Assembly (NCBI GenBank): GCA_038320245.1 | Contig: JBBQEA010000002.1 | Coordinates: 8,240-72,239 of the forward strand | Direction: 5' to 3' | Length of the DNA stretch: 64,000 nt | Source: Chitinophagales bacterium | GTDB lineage: Bacteria; Bacteroidota; Bacteroidia; Chitinophagales; Chitinophagaceae | Shown here: piece by piece, positions 39,701-47,957 of the stretch | How the letters are laid out: each line of letters opens with the position of its first letter | How positions within the stretch are numbered: the first letter of the stretch is position 1 | Notes under the pieces: generated by a model | Told to the model about the DNA's origin: nothing | The model's database searches: none | Seen by the model: the letters and a program-made list of their open reading frames with translations, nothing else | Position numbers and translations under genes: made by a program

Positions 39701-40510
39701 AAAAGATAAATCGTTAATAGAAATATTGTTATAATAACCGGGGTAATTGGTTATTAATATATCAACTGTAGAAGCTTGAATTTTGTAAGCTGTTGGATTG
39801 TTGTTTCCAAAATACATCCTTAATTTATTGTTGCTGCCGTCTTGCCACCATTCTCCATCCTGGTCAAGTGTCTTTGAGTCTCTTTGAAAGAAGTATCCAT
39901 AGTTTAATTTTGGAGTAGAGGAATGTGCTGCAAAACTTATTGTACCTCCCGAGTGGGCTGTAACAGTTTTTCTTAAAATCTCCCAACGGTTTAATCTGAT
40001 GGCAACCTCTGCACCTGTCCAGTTTTTTGTAGAAGAAAGTGCTGGTCCCGTAATAGAACTGGTTGATGCGGCTGTATAAATTAAATAACCTGCCTGTGAT
40101 GCATCTGCATTAGGGTATCTGCCTATTTGCTGAATTTTCCCATCTCTTAACACCAAATTATTTGTTGATTTTACGTCCCTGGTAGGTGCCTCCCAGATAT
40201 TGCCTCCTAAATTAACCCAGCCTGTAATTGTTGAAAGCCCTGTTATGATTGGTTTTGCACCGGTACCATATGCACCAAAATTTAAATTAGATCTTTTAAT
40301 AACAATGCCTCCATAAAAGGTTCCGCCTCTTTTAAAAAGGATGCTATCGTTTAACGCAAATGTGAAACTGTTTACTTTGGTGATAGTTTGCCATGCAGTT
40401 GCTGGCGAAGAGCCATCATTTATATCATTGCCTGTTTCTGATATATAATAATTTTTTGCATGAATTGTACTGCAAAAGAATATAAAAAGTACAAATAATA
40501 GTCTTTTCAT
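33710..40510 (-). CDS. T9SS cargo: right-handed beta-helix + 16 PKD-like repeats + type A CTD
   Basis: N-terminal ~640 aa clearly paralogous to 24867-29735; 16 PVANAG-type units; C-terminal VFPNPV...LSNGYYFL...KVMK. Confidence 0.9.
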   Translation of the reverse strand: MKRLLFVLFIFFCSTIHAKNYYISETGNDINDGSSPATAWQTITKVNSFTFALNDSILFKRGGTFYGGIVIKRSNLNFGAYGTGAKPIITGLSTITGWVNLGGNIWEAPTRDVKSTNNLVLRDGKIQQIGRYPNADASQAGYLIYTAASTSSITGPALSSTKNWTGAEVAIRLNRWEILRKTVTAHSGGTISFAAHSSTPKLNYGYFFQRDSKTLDQDGEWWQDGSNNKLRMYFGNNNPTAYKIQASTVDILITNYPGYYNNISINDLSFIGAGKKAIHILSGANHQIKNCDVSNSGAEAISVFSATNVVVDRCTTRNSLGSGIQVSNDGNTTLSSISNCIVDSTALIAGMETSNENNGGNGILNRAGSNVYILNCKITNCGYGGIAWYGNNAFIKYNLVDTYCKVRDDGAGIYTSEATFDTSAYLPRFNRKVVSNIVVNGIGQGNGTSDPSDVSVNGLYADDGAYNVTFDSNTVANMPDAGLHGNNNRYITFTNNTTFNTLKGYSTQRFGGSKIGRTVIGLRVTKNIFYPYRFAFTNGARDEPNITVLQSIQNLGTVDSNYYSLRAGIDSSMSEITVLKNGTGYIQSARTIAFVNGTIGFERHGTYVADNTGTLEYNASNSPKVISFSGLSKKDVFGNIYNNSVTIPAWGSKILIPNGLAVAPNIPPVADAGADILVTLPTNIATLTGSGKDTDGVITSYKWVKIGGAVTGTISSPNSAVTSVNSLVEGVYLFELTVQDNKGAIAKDTVQLTVNAAANQLPVADAGADQIIVLPVNTTTLTGNGIDFDGTITNYSWVKIAGPTGGTILSPTSFTTVINNLEVGEFQYELSVTDNNGAVSLDTILIRVDSAINHAPVANAGSNQTVTLPANSTLLKGTGTDIDGSVISYRWVKISGPANGVIVSPGNDSTTISNLQQGTYIFELTVTDNHGAISSDIVQVTVNINTVQAPPVANAGTDQVIELPLNSIVLTGIGTDVDGTVVSYKWLKISGPVLGSISSPNSATTTVVGLVEGIYQFRLIVTDNADANAKDTVTVTVIAAPNQPPVASAGSDISITLPTNSTSTTGARSDIDSTIVSYNWVKIAGPDEGLISSPNSAYTSFYNLVQGVYKFELTVLDDKGLNAKDTVEITVNVAVNQLPEADAGTDQIIELPINSTNVTGVGTDFDGTIVRYSWTKISGPDGGTIISPDSAATVINNLAAGVFQFELSVTDNNGAIKADTIQITVSAAPRQAPVANAGTTLIITLPVDSVTLAGNGTDADGTVISYSWAKITGPGTAILVSPNTASTQVNNLTQGFYEFKLTVTDNDGLVSADTIKVIVNDGLNKAPVAIAGSNIVIFLPTNSTSLTGSGTDEDGFITRYSWKQISGAMSAVIVSPDSAVTEINNLKNGGYKFELTVTDNNGAISKDIVQFTVKKAPNKFPVANAGLDKVIVLPVNYTSLTGSGTDEDGTITSYKWMKISGTAAGSIASPNTATTAITNLVQGANLYQLAVTDNNGAVTKDTIKITVNAAPNQPPVANAGGDKIITLPVSSVTLTGTGADADGTIASYAWEKIIGANSVTIVSPSSANTSISNLQQGIYQFVLTVTDNSGAIAKDTIRVTVNPAPNKAPIADAGLNQSITLPVNYVNLSGSGTDADGTIAGYAWVKVSGPVAGTIVSSNTSVTLVNALEKGVYVFELTVKDNMNAISKDTVRITVNAAPNKAPVAEAGLNKVITLPVNNSTLSGTGTDIDGTIVSYLWKQIAGPASGVIVSPTSANTVINNLIQGVYRYELTVTDNNGATATDNVQVTVNASINILPIAIAGADKTITLPTNTINLTGSGTDADGTISAYKWSKIAGAASGTITSPNSNNTSITNLVQGVYQFQLTVIDNNGATSKDTIKVTVNAAPNQPPVLSAGVDKIITLPTNYLTLTGTATDADGTISGYAWVKISGPETGSITSPNSNNTAITNLVQGVYQFQLTVTDNNGASSKDTVKVTVNAAPNQPPVSNADADKTITLPVNYLTLTGTGTDADGTISSYTWTKLSGPAAGTIVSQNSATTLINNLVQGIYQYELAVKDNEGAIGKDTVQVTVNKAIVINQLPVADAGDDINVVLPVNNAILKGKGTDRDGTIVAYSWRVIDGPLNSILATPAQAETNIENLFQGVYQLEFTVTDNSGAIAKDTMQLTVSSARLSNTPYSSNEFKVFPNPVYDIANISITTIDANTKVYLSLLDAGGKLVITKEFVTAASETFLKVDMSNLSNGYYFLVLKFDDGRMISTKVMKNGSN
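34011..38518 (-). repeat. 16 tandem ~282-bp (94 aa) PKD-like repeats
   Basis: Counted 16 units of pattern N.PPVA.AG.D..I.LP....L.G.G.D.DG.I..Y.W.KI.GP...L..G.Y.F.LTVTDN.GA..KDT....V. Confidence 0.92.
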
Positions 40511-40810
40511 GGGGTTAGGATTTGGAATAACTTGAGTAGTATTTATGTACTACAAGACTGCATTTATAATTACTATTATTTAACTATTTCGAGTGCTTTT
40601 TTAAACTGAATATTAAGTGACACGTTGCTTAATGATTGTACACGTATTAGTTTAATTATTACCACTTTTTATAGGAAAAATAATTGCTGATCTAATGTTT
40701 TAAGAAGTAGCAATAACTTCAATATCCTTTATCGACTGTAGAATTGATAGTCCATTACTATATTGTTCAATTCTTCCACACAAGGTGAAATATTCAATTT
40801 TGCAGGATTG

Positions 40811-41063
40811 GATTTTTAAATTGCTGAGCTTGTTTGCAAGGGCCTGATTATTTCCGGTCTTTAGCGATAAAATGTATCGGCCTTGCTTTAGATTGGGCGA
40901 GTTGGTGTTGATGGAAATTAATAAGAGAATAATTAATTTCTTAATAATTAAGTTTTTCACGGTATAGGGTTTAGTTTACAGGATTCGGATTAATTTCAGA
41001 GAAGTCCTGAAATCAATATGTATAGAACGTGTTTTGATTCGATTTATTTTGCTGTAACCTATA
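40811..41063 (-). pseudogene. Decayed 3' end of a T9SS cargo gene
   Basis: One frame reads YRLQQNKSNQNTFYTY*FQDFSEINPNPVN*TLY; a second frame continues ISINTNSPNLKQGRYILSLKTGNNQALANKL. These match YYRL.Q, PNPV and L..G.YIL CTD motifs in the right order. Confidence 0.6.
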
Positions 41064-41552
41064 TCAAGACGATTGGTTACATAGACCAGTCGTTATTTGA
41101 ATAAAAGTATTCAAATTTTACTAATATATATCTGATTAAAAATAATTCGATTAATGTATATGGTATCCTTAAATTACTTTCTTTTAATTTTTAATAATAC
41201 AATTGTTTTTTCTCTGTCTCGCTTATTAAAAATGTGTAGGGGTTTGGGATTATTTTTTTATATAGTCCATTAAAACAGGATTTTTAATTATTCGTTTTCA
41301 TTTTTTGCACATTTATTGTTAGGTAGAAGCTTACAATTTTTTTACTAAAAAAAACGTTTTCTAAATAATATTCTAAGTTTCTTTTAATGATATTGAAATA
41401 AGCTACGGATGTTAACAACCGAAAAAAATAATTAGAATTTTTTCTTTAAAAATAATTTTAAAATAGATTGAAGGTCCGTAAGCTGTAATATGCCTTAACC
41501 CGGCAAGGTTATCCTTTTTAATATCAAGACTAAGCAGCACTTTTAAAGACCC

Positions 41553-41560
41553 TACTTTTG
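41553..41560 (+). promoter_or_regulatory. Bacteroidota -7 promoter element upstream of fkbH
   Basis: TACTTTTG matches TAnnTTTG; no clear -33 box. Confidence 0.45.
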
Positions 41561-41786
41561 CTGGCAATTTTGATGTAAATCATAAATAGTTATAGAAGCA
41601 ATTTTTATATTAAAGTCGGCGCTGTTATTTATCTAATAGAAGTTCATTTTTAATGATTATGTTAGGTTGAAAGAGATTCATTGAACCTAACATCTTCAAT
41701 TTAATAGGTTGAAGAAAAGGGTAAATTGATACACATAGATAAGCGAAATAAACATCAAAAATAATTAAACCATTTACATTGGAGAT

Positions 41787-43511
41787 ATGCCAACATTTGC
41801 CCAATTAAAAAAGAATTTAAAAAAAGATTATACAAATTTCAAAGTAATTAAAGTAGCGATACTTGGCGATACCGCCACTCAGTTTCTTCTACAGGCCTTG
41901 CGTGGAGTTGGCTATGACAATGGCTTTGATCTGCAAATATGGGAAGCCGATTTTAACCAGATTGAGCGCCAGGTTTTTGATCCTGCATCTGAATTGTATG
42001 AATTTAAACCGGAAGTTGTAATCGTTTTCCAATCTGCTCATAAGTTGCTTGCAACCTACAATAAATTGAAGCCTGATCAATATAGCAGTTTAGCAGATTG
42101 TCAAATGGAATTAGTTAATAATTTAAATAATACCATCAGCTCGAGGCTACAATCAAAAATCATCTATTATAATTATACAGAAATAAACGATGCTGTATTT
42201 GGTAATTACGCAAATAAAGTAGCATCCTCTTTTTTGTATCAATTACGTAAACTCAATTATGAGTTGATGGTATTTGCAGCAGAGAATCCTGATTTTTATC
42301 TTTGTGATTTATCCTCCTTACAAAATCATTTTGGGAAAACCAGTTTTTTTCACACTTCTGTCTACATAAATACAGAGATGGTTTTGAGTATTGATATTTT
42401 GCCGGAAGTTGCGGCAAAAACGATTGATTTGATTGCGGCGATGAATGGTAAATTTAAAAAATGTTTGATATTAGACCTTGATAATACCATGTGGGGAGGA
42501 ATAATCGGGGATGATGGTTTGGAAAATATTCAGATTGGAAGTTTAGGAATTGGTAAAGCGTTTACCGAATTTCAATATTGGATAAAAAAGCTAAAAAACA
42601 GAGGTATTATTTTAGCTGTTTGCAGTAAAAATACTGAATCTGTTGCAAAGGAACCGTTTGAAAAGCATCCTGACATGCTGTTAAGATTGGAAGATTTCGC
42701 TGTATTTGTAGCTAACTGGGAAAATAAAGCTGACAACATCCGGTATATACAAAGTGTTCTGAATATCGGTTTCGATTCTATGGTTTTTCTCGATGACAAT
42801 CCATTTGAAAGAAATATTGTAAGGCAAAATATTCCGGATATTACCGTGCCCGAATTACCCGAAGATCCTGCTGATTACCTTGAATATTTATACCAGTTAA
42901 ATCTATTTGAAACAATCTCCTTTTCAAATGAGGATGTTGAAAGAACAACACAATACCAGGTGGAGGCTAAAAGAAACGTGCTGAAAAAAAGCTTTACCAA
43001 CGAAGAGGATTTTCTTAAAAGCCTGCATATGGTTTCTTTGGTAGAACCGTTCAATAAATTTAATTCACCAAGGGTTGCGCAACTTTCTCAGCGGTCTAAC
43101 CAATTTAATTTACGAACTGTTCGTTATACAGAAGCAGCTATTGAAATGCTTGCTGCAGATACTACAGATTACCATACCTTCTCCTTTACATTAGAAGATA
43201 AATATGGTGATAATGGACTTATTTGTGTTATTATATTAAAGCGGGAGGATAAAAACGTTTTGTTTATTGATACCTGGTTAATGAGTTGCAGGGTTTTAAA
43301 ACGTGGTATGGAGCATTTTGTACTCAACACAATTGTAAACCATGCTAAAGAAAACGGATATTCAACTATTAAAGGAGAATACATTCCAACAGCAAAAAAT
43401 GAAATGGTAAAAGACCATTATTTAAAACTGGGGTTTCAGCAAGCCGGTAATTTATGGGAATTAAATGTGAGCCAGTATGAGCTTAAAGATTGTTTTATTT
43501 CAACTAAATAA
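41787..43511 (+). CDS. FkbH-like HAD-IIIC glyceryl-ACP transferase/phosphatase
   Basis: KKCLILDLDNTMWGGIIGDDG, CSKN, NWENK, FLDDNPFER, QRSNQFNL, DKYGDNG, LMSCRVLKRG. Confidence 0.93.
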   Translation: MPTFAQLKKNLKKDYTNFKVIKVAILGDTATQFLLQALRGVGYDNGFDLQIWEADFNQIERQVFDPASELYEFKPEVVIVFQSAHKLLATYNKLKPDQYSSLADCQMELVNNLNNTISSRLQSKIIYYNYTEINDAVFGNYANKVASSFLYQLRKLNYELMVFAAENPDFYLCDLSSLQNHFGKTSFFHTSVYINTEMVLSIDILPEVAAKTIDLIAAMNGKFKKCLILDLDNTMWGGIIGDDGLENIQIGSLGIGKAFTEFQYWIKKLKNRGIILAVCSKNTESVAKEPFEKHPDMLLRLEDFAVFVANWENKADNIRYIQSVLNIGFDSMVFLDDNPFERNIVRQNIPDITVPELPEDPADYLEYLYQLNLFETISFSNEDVERTTQYQVEAKRNVLKKSFTNEEDFLKSLHMVSLVEPFNKFNSPRVAQLSQRSNQFNLRTVRYTEAAIEMLAADTTDYHTFSFTLEDKYGDNGLICVIILKREDKNVLFIDTWLMSCRVLKRGMEHFVLNTIVNHAKENGYSTIKGEYIPTAKNEMVKDHYLKLGFQQAGNLWELNVSQYELKDCFISTK

Positions 43512-43517
43512 AAAAAT

Positions 43518-43763
43518 ATGAATCGAAGTATAATTTTAGGACAACTAAACGAAATTTTTATTGATGTTATTGACGAGGATGCAATCAGTTTAAAAGAAAC
43601 TTCAACTGCCAAAGAGGTGGAGGGATGGGATTCCTTAACACATATTCAATTGGTAGTAGCCATTGAAAAACATTTTAAAATACGTTTTACAGCTAAAGAA
43701 ATTCAGGAGTGGAAAAATGTAGGTGCATTGATTGATAGTATTGTTAATAAGCTTACAATATAA
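43518..43763 (+). CDS. Acyl carrier protein
   Basis: 81 aa with GWDSLTHIQLVVAIE (phosphopantetheine Ser). Confidence 0.93.
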   Translation: MNRSIILGQLNEIFIDVIDEDAISLKETSTAKEVEGWDSLTHIQLVVAIEKHFKIRFTAKEIQEWKNVGALIDSIVNKLTI

Positions 43764-43766
43764 GAA

Positions 43767-43788
43767 CAGCTAATTTATTTATTAGCTG
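43767..43788 (+). other. 8-bp hairpin just after the ACP gene (possible mRNA stabiliser or weak terminator)
   Basis: CAGCTAAT-tttatt-ATTAGCTG. Confidence 0.35.
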
Positions 43789-44016
43789 ACATTGATGGAT
43801 TGTTTTAAAAATCAGTTACAGAAGTATAAAAAATCAGTAACCAATCATTAAGTTTTAAGCGACCATTTAAACGGCGGGTATTGATTATACGGAATAGCGG
43901 TCTTGCTAACTTTTAGTTGCACAAGTGCCTATTTAAAATTTAAAACTTTTAAAGGAATCCAATTTTACATTAATAATAATTTCCCCCAATACCTAAACCC
44001 CCAAAACCCGGGAATT

Positions 44017-45468
44017 ATGATTTTTACTTCAATAGTATTTGCACTATTTTTTTTAATGGTGGTAGTACTCAATTATTTACTACCTGTAAAATTTCGCTGG
44101 ATATGGCTTTTGTTATCTAGCATCTTTTTTTATACTTATAGTAATCCCGCCAATATTTTAGTGGTCGGTTTTATTGCGCTTGTTACTTTTTATTCAGCAA
44201 AACAAATTGAAAATGCAACAGCTCCAAAAATTGCTTTTCGATTTTATTTATTAGGTATAATTTTAAATATTGGCATACTGGTATTTTTTAAATACAGCAA
44301 TTTTTTTACATCAACAGCCTTTGATGTGATTAATTTTTCCCGAATTAAGTTGTTTAATTCAACAGCTCCACTGCATAATTCTTTTTTGATAAATGTACTT
44401 GCACCGCTGGGTATTTCTTATATTACTTTTCAGGCAATTGGATACCTGATAGAAATAAAAAGAGGAAACGAGGCTGCAGAAAAAAACCTGGCTCATTTTT
44501 CAACATACCTGCTTTTTTTTCCAAAAATTGTAGCCGGCCCGGTAGAAAGAGCTTACAACTTTTTACCACAAATTAAACAGCAAAATGCTTTTATTTATCA
44601 AAATATTAGTTCCGGTTTAAAGCTTATTTTATGGGGCCTGTTTAAAAAATTAGTTGTGGCAGACAGGTTATCTATTTATGTAAGTGCTGTGTTGGGTAAT
44701 TCCGAACATCATTCCGGAATATCGTTAACAATTGCTGTTATCTTTTATGTATTTCAGATGTATGCCGACTTTTCCGGATATACAGATATGGCGCTTGGTT
44801 TTGCAAAAATGCTGGGATACGATTTAACACAAAATTTCAACAGGCCTTTATTTGCTAAATCCGTTACAGAATTTTGGCGCAAATGGCATATATCTTTATC
44901 TACCTGGTTTGCAGATTATTTTTACAATCCCATTGCTATTGCAAAAAGAGATTGGGGTAATTGGAGTGTGGTGTATGCTTTTTTTACAACCTTTATTGTA
45001 TTGGGTTTTTGGCATGGTGCCAACTGGACTTTTATTGTATTTGGGGCCTTACAAGGATTAATACTTACCATCGAATTTTTTACCCGTAAAGCCCGAAAAA
45101 AGTTTCGAAAAAAAATACCAGATCTGCTAAACAGTATAGCCGGCATTGTTTTTACTGTTGGCTATTTTGCAATTTCACTTATATTTTTTAGGGCAGCAAG
45201 TTTAAAAGAAGCGTTTACAATTATAAAAAGAATCTTCACGTCCAAGGGATCGGTTTACGTCGAAAACCCTTCCATTATTATGTTTTCGATATTGGGTGTT
45301 GGCTTTATGATGCTGGTAGAATTTAAAAAAGAATTTTTCAATGATTTATTTACTTTATCCAATAATAAGTTTTGGTTGGTGCGTAATTGCTATTACTGTT
45401 TGCTGCTGATACTTATTTTAATAGCCGGTGTTTTTGATGGCGGCGAATTTATATATTTTCAGTTTTGA
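44017..45468 (+). CDS. MBOAT O-acyltransferase (AlgI/DltB family), copy 1
   Basis: PLGISYITFQ, FFPKIVAGPVER, YADFSGYTDMA, EFWRKWHISLS, GFWHGANW, C-terminal FIYFQF. ATG 44017 aligns with the start of copy 2. Confidence 0.93.
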   Translation: MIFTSIVFALFFLMVVVLNYLLPVKFRWIWLLLSSIFFYTYSNPANILVVGFIALVTFYSAKQIENATAPKIAFRFYLLGIILNIGILVFFKYSNFFTSTAFDVINFSRIKLFNSTAPLHNSFLINVLAPLGISYITFQAIGYLIEIKRGNEAAEKNLAHFSTYLLFFPKIVAGPVERAYNFLPQIKQQNAFIYQNISSGLKLILWGLFKKLVVADRLSIYVSAVLGNSEHHSGISLTIAVIFYVFQMYADFSGYTDMALGFAKMLGYDLTQNFNRPLFAKSVTEFWRKWHISLSTWFADYFYNPIAIAKRDWGNWSVVYAFFTTFIVLGFWHGANWTFIVFGALQGLILTIEFFTRKARKKFRKKIPDLLNSIAGIVFTVGYFAISLIFFRAASLKEAFTIIKRIFTSKGSVYVENPSIIMFSILGVGFMMLVEFKKEFFNDLFTLSNNKFWLVRNCYYCLLLILILIAGVFDGGEFIYFQF

Positions 45469-45480
45469 TAAAGAACCTGT

Positions 45481-46431
45481 ATGTTACAAACGTTTAAAAA
45501 GATATCGCAAAAAAAGGGCTATTTATATTTATTTATAAAGATGGCTTCTTTTTTATTACTGGCTTGCTTTTTCGACTTTCTTATTGGGCGGCTATTTAAT
45601 AAATTTTATTTAAAACAAACTTCTGGCTGGGAGTACAGAACAAAATATTCTATTGAAGATACCAAGGCCGATATTTTGATTTTTGGAGCGTCGAGGGCGC
45701 AACAACAATACAACCCACTCTATTTTGAAGAACGATTGCAGCAAACCTGTTATAATGTTGGAAGGGATGGTGAACCAATATTTTATTATTATGCCGTTTT
45801 AAAAGGGATATTAAGCAGGCATCTTCCTAAAATGATCATATTAGATATAGAGAATGGCGTGTTTAAAGAAAGCGCAAGCAGTTACGATAGAATTTCAATA
45901 TTGTTGCCCTTTTATAAAACTCATCCGGAAATGCGTTCTATCATTGAATTACGAAGTCCTTTTGAAAAATTTAAACTTCAGTCCGGCATTTATCCCTATA
46001 ATTCTATGCTGTTAAAAATTTTAAAAGGCAATATTAAATCGGGCGGAAAAGAGAAAGAAGACATTAAAGGATATTTGCCATTATTAAGATCACTTAATGA
46101 ACCAACAAGAACGGTTGATTTATCCAAACCATATAAGCTGGATAGTAACAAACTAAATTGCTACAAGGCTTTTATAAATGATTGTAATAAGGCAAACATA
46201 AAATTATACTTGATCAATTCGCCCTACTATTTCAATTCAATCGGAAAAGATATATCAATGGAAATTGCAAAAGATATTGCGAATAAAAACTCTCTTGATT
46301 TTATAGATTTTTCAAAGGACGAATTTTTCCTAAAAAGCCCCCATTTATTTGATGATACAGTTCACGTTAATTTGGCTGGATCTAAAATATTCTCGAACAG
46401 AGTGATTGATTCCATTATATCAAATAAGTAG
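45481..46431 (+). CDS. Membrane-anchored SGNH/DltD-like acyl-transfer partner, copy 1
   Basis: N-terminal TM helix, IFGASRA nucleophile block, YNVG, C-terminal DDTVH (DxxH). Confidence 0.75.
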   Translation: MLQTFKKISQKKGYLYLFIKMASFLLLACFFDFLIGRLFNKFYLKQTSGWEYRTKYSIEDTKADILIFGASRAQQQYNPLYFEERLQQTCYNVGRDGEPIFYYYAVLKGILSRHLPKMIILDIENGVFKESASSYDRISILLPFYKTHPEMRSIIELRSPFEKFKLQSGIYPYNSMLLKILKGNIKSGGKEKEDIKGYLPLLRSLNEPTRTVDLSKPYKLDSNKLNCYKAFINDCNKANIKLYLINSPYYFNSIGKDISMEIAKDIANKNSLDFIDFSKDEFFLKSPHLFDDTVHVNLAGSKIFSNRVIDSIISNK

Positions 46432-46516
46432 CAAATTGAGTTAGATTTGTTATTAATTCTCAATAATATTTGTTTGAAAATATTACTGGTTTAAGCAAAT
46501 CAAAATTATTAATTAA

Positions 46517-47947
46517 ATGCTTTTTAACTCATTTCATTTTCTTTTCTTTTTTATAACTGTTACCACTTTTTATTTTTTACTTCCTTACAATAAAAGATGG
46601 CTTTTGTTATTGGCAAGCAGTTGCTATTTTTATATGGCCTTTGTGCCCATATACATCTTGATTTTAGGGTTTACTATTGTGGTTGATTATATTGCCGGCA
46701 TTTTTATAGAAAAATCAACAGGTAAACGAAGAAGGCTATACCTCATCATCAGCCTGATTGCTAATATTGGAATTTTGTGTGTTTTTAAATACTACAATTT
46801 TATCAACACAAACTTTTCCTTTTTGCTACATGGCTTTGGCCTTTCTAATCCAATACCTTATTTGTCGATACTTTTACCAATCGGTCTTTCTTTCCATACG
46901 TTTCAGGCAATGAGTTATACAATAGAAGTGTACCGGGGTAAACTACCTGCAGAAAGACATTTTGGAATATATGCCCTCTATGTAATGTTTTATCCGCAGT
47001 TAGTAGCAGGGCCAATTGAAAGACCACAAAATCTGTTGCACCAATTCAGACAGAAACATCCCTTTGATAGTGACAGGGTCTTTGAAGGACTTAAAATAAT
47101 GATATGGGGATTATTTAAAAAATTAGTTGTTGCGGATAGATTGGGTATTTATGTAAACGGTGCCTATAATCATTTACACCAGCAAGATGGAATGACATTG
47201 GTAATGGCAACGATATTTTTTTCATTTCAGATATATTGCGATTTTTCAGGTTATTCCGACATGGCAATTGGCGCTGCAAAGGTTATGGGGTTCGATTTAA
47301 TGACAAACTTTAAACGGCCATTATTTGCAAAAAGTACGGGCGAATTCTGGAAGCGCTGGCATATATCTTTATCAACCTGGTTTAAAGATTATTTATACTT
47401 TCCATTAGGAGGTAACAGAGGCACGGTTTCCAGAACCTATATTAATTTGATGATAGTTTTTCTTATAAGTGGATTGTGGCATGGAGCCAACTGGACCTAT
47501 ATTATTTGGGGGGGCATCAATGGATTTTACCTGGTATTTGCAATAATTACAAAAAAATACAGAGAAAAAATGGGGGAATTAATTGGGTTGAATAAGTTTC
47601 CCCGCTTTAATATTTTTGTTCAAATTGTAATAACATTCATTTTAATCAGCTTATCCAGAGTTTTTTTTAGAGCAACATCCGTAGCAGATGCATTTACTGT
47701 ATTTAGGAAAATGTTAACCTTTAAAGGATCAATTTTTAATGACGGGATAGCAATTGTCATCTATTGTTTTTCAGCAATTTTTATGTTGTTGATAGTAGAG
47801 TTTAAAAGAGAATATTATACAGGAAGTTTATCTTTTTCTCACAATAAAAATTTCTGGGTACGAACGTCTTATTATAGCCTGTTGGTAATCCTCATCATTT
47901 TAGTGGGTGTTTTTGATGGAGGTCAATTTATTTACTTTCAATTTTAA
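46517..47947 (+). CDS. MBOAT O-acyltransferase (AlgI/DltB family), copy 2
   Basis: LPIGLSFHTFQ, FYPQLVAGPIER, YCDFSGYSDMA, GLWHGANW, C-terminal FIYFQF. Confidence 0.95.
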   Translation: MLFNSFHFLFFFITVTTFYFLLPYNKRWLLLLASSCYFYMAFVPIYILILGFTIVVDYIAGIFIEKSTGKRRRLYLIISLIANIGILCVFKYYNFINTNFSFLLHGFGLSNPIPYLSILLPIGLSFHTFQAMSYTIEVYRGKLPAERHFGIYALYVMFYPQLVAGPIERPQNLLHQFRQKHPFDSDRVFEGLKIMIWGLFKKLVVADRLGIYVNGAYNHLHQQDGMTLVMATIFFSFQIYCDFSGYSDMAIGAAKVMGFDLMTNFKRPLFAKSTGEFWKRWHISLSTWFKDYLYFPLGGNRGTVSRTYINLMIVFLISGLWHGANWTYIIWGGINGFYLVFAIITKKYREKMGELIGLNKFPRFNIFVQIVITFILISLSRVFFRATSVADAFTVFRKMLTFKGSIFNDGIAIVIYCFSAIFMLLIVEFKREYYTGSLSFSHNKNFWVRTSYYSLLVILIILVGVFDGGQFIYFQF

Positions 47948-47957
47948 GTTGGAAATC

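Noticed and set aside
40700-40960. 86-aa ORF as a genuine small protein
   Set aside because: Better explained as the frameshifted tail of a decayed T9SS CTD.
41787-43763. Polyketide (methoxymalonyl or tetronate) cluster suggested by FkbH + ACP
   Set aside because: No PKS, FabH-like, acyl-ACP dehydrogenase or methyltransferase genes; the neighbours are MBOAT/SGNH envelope acylation genes.
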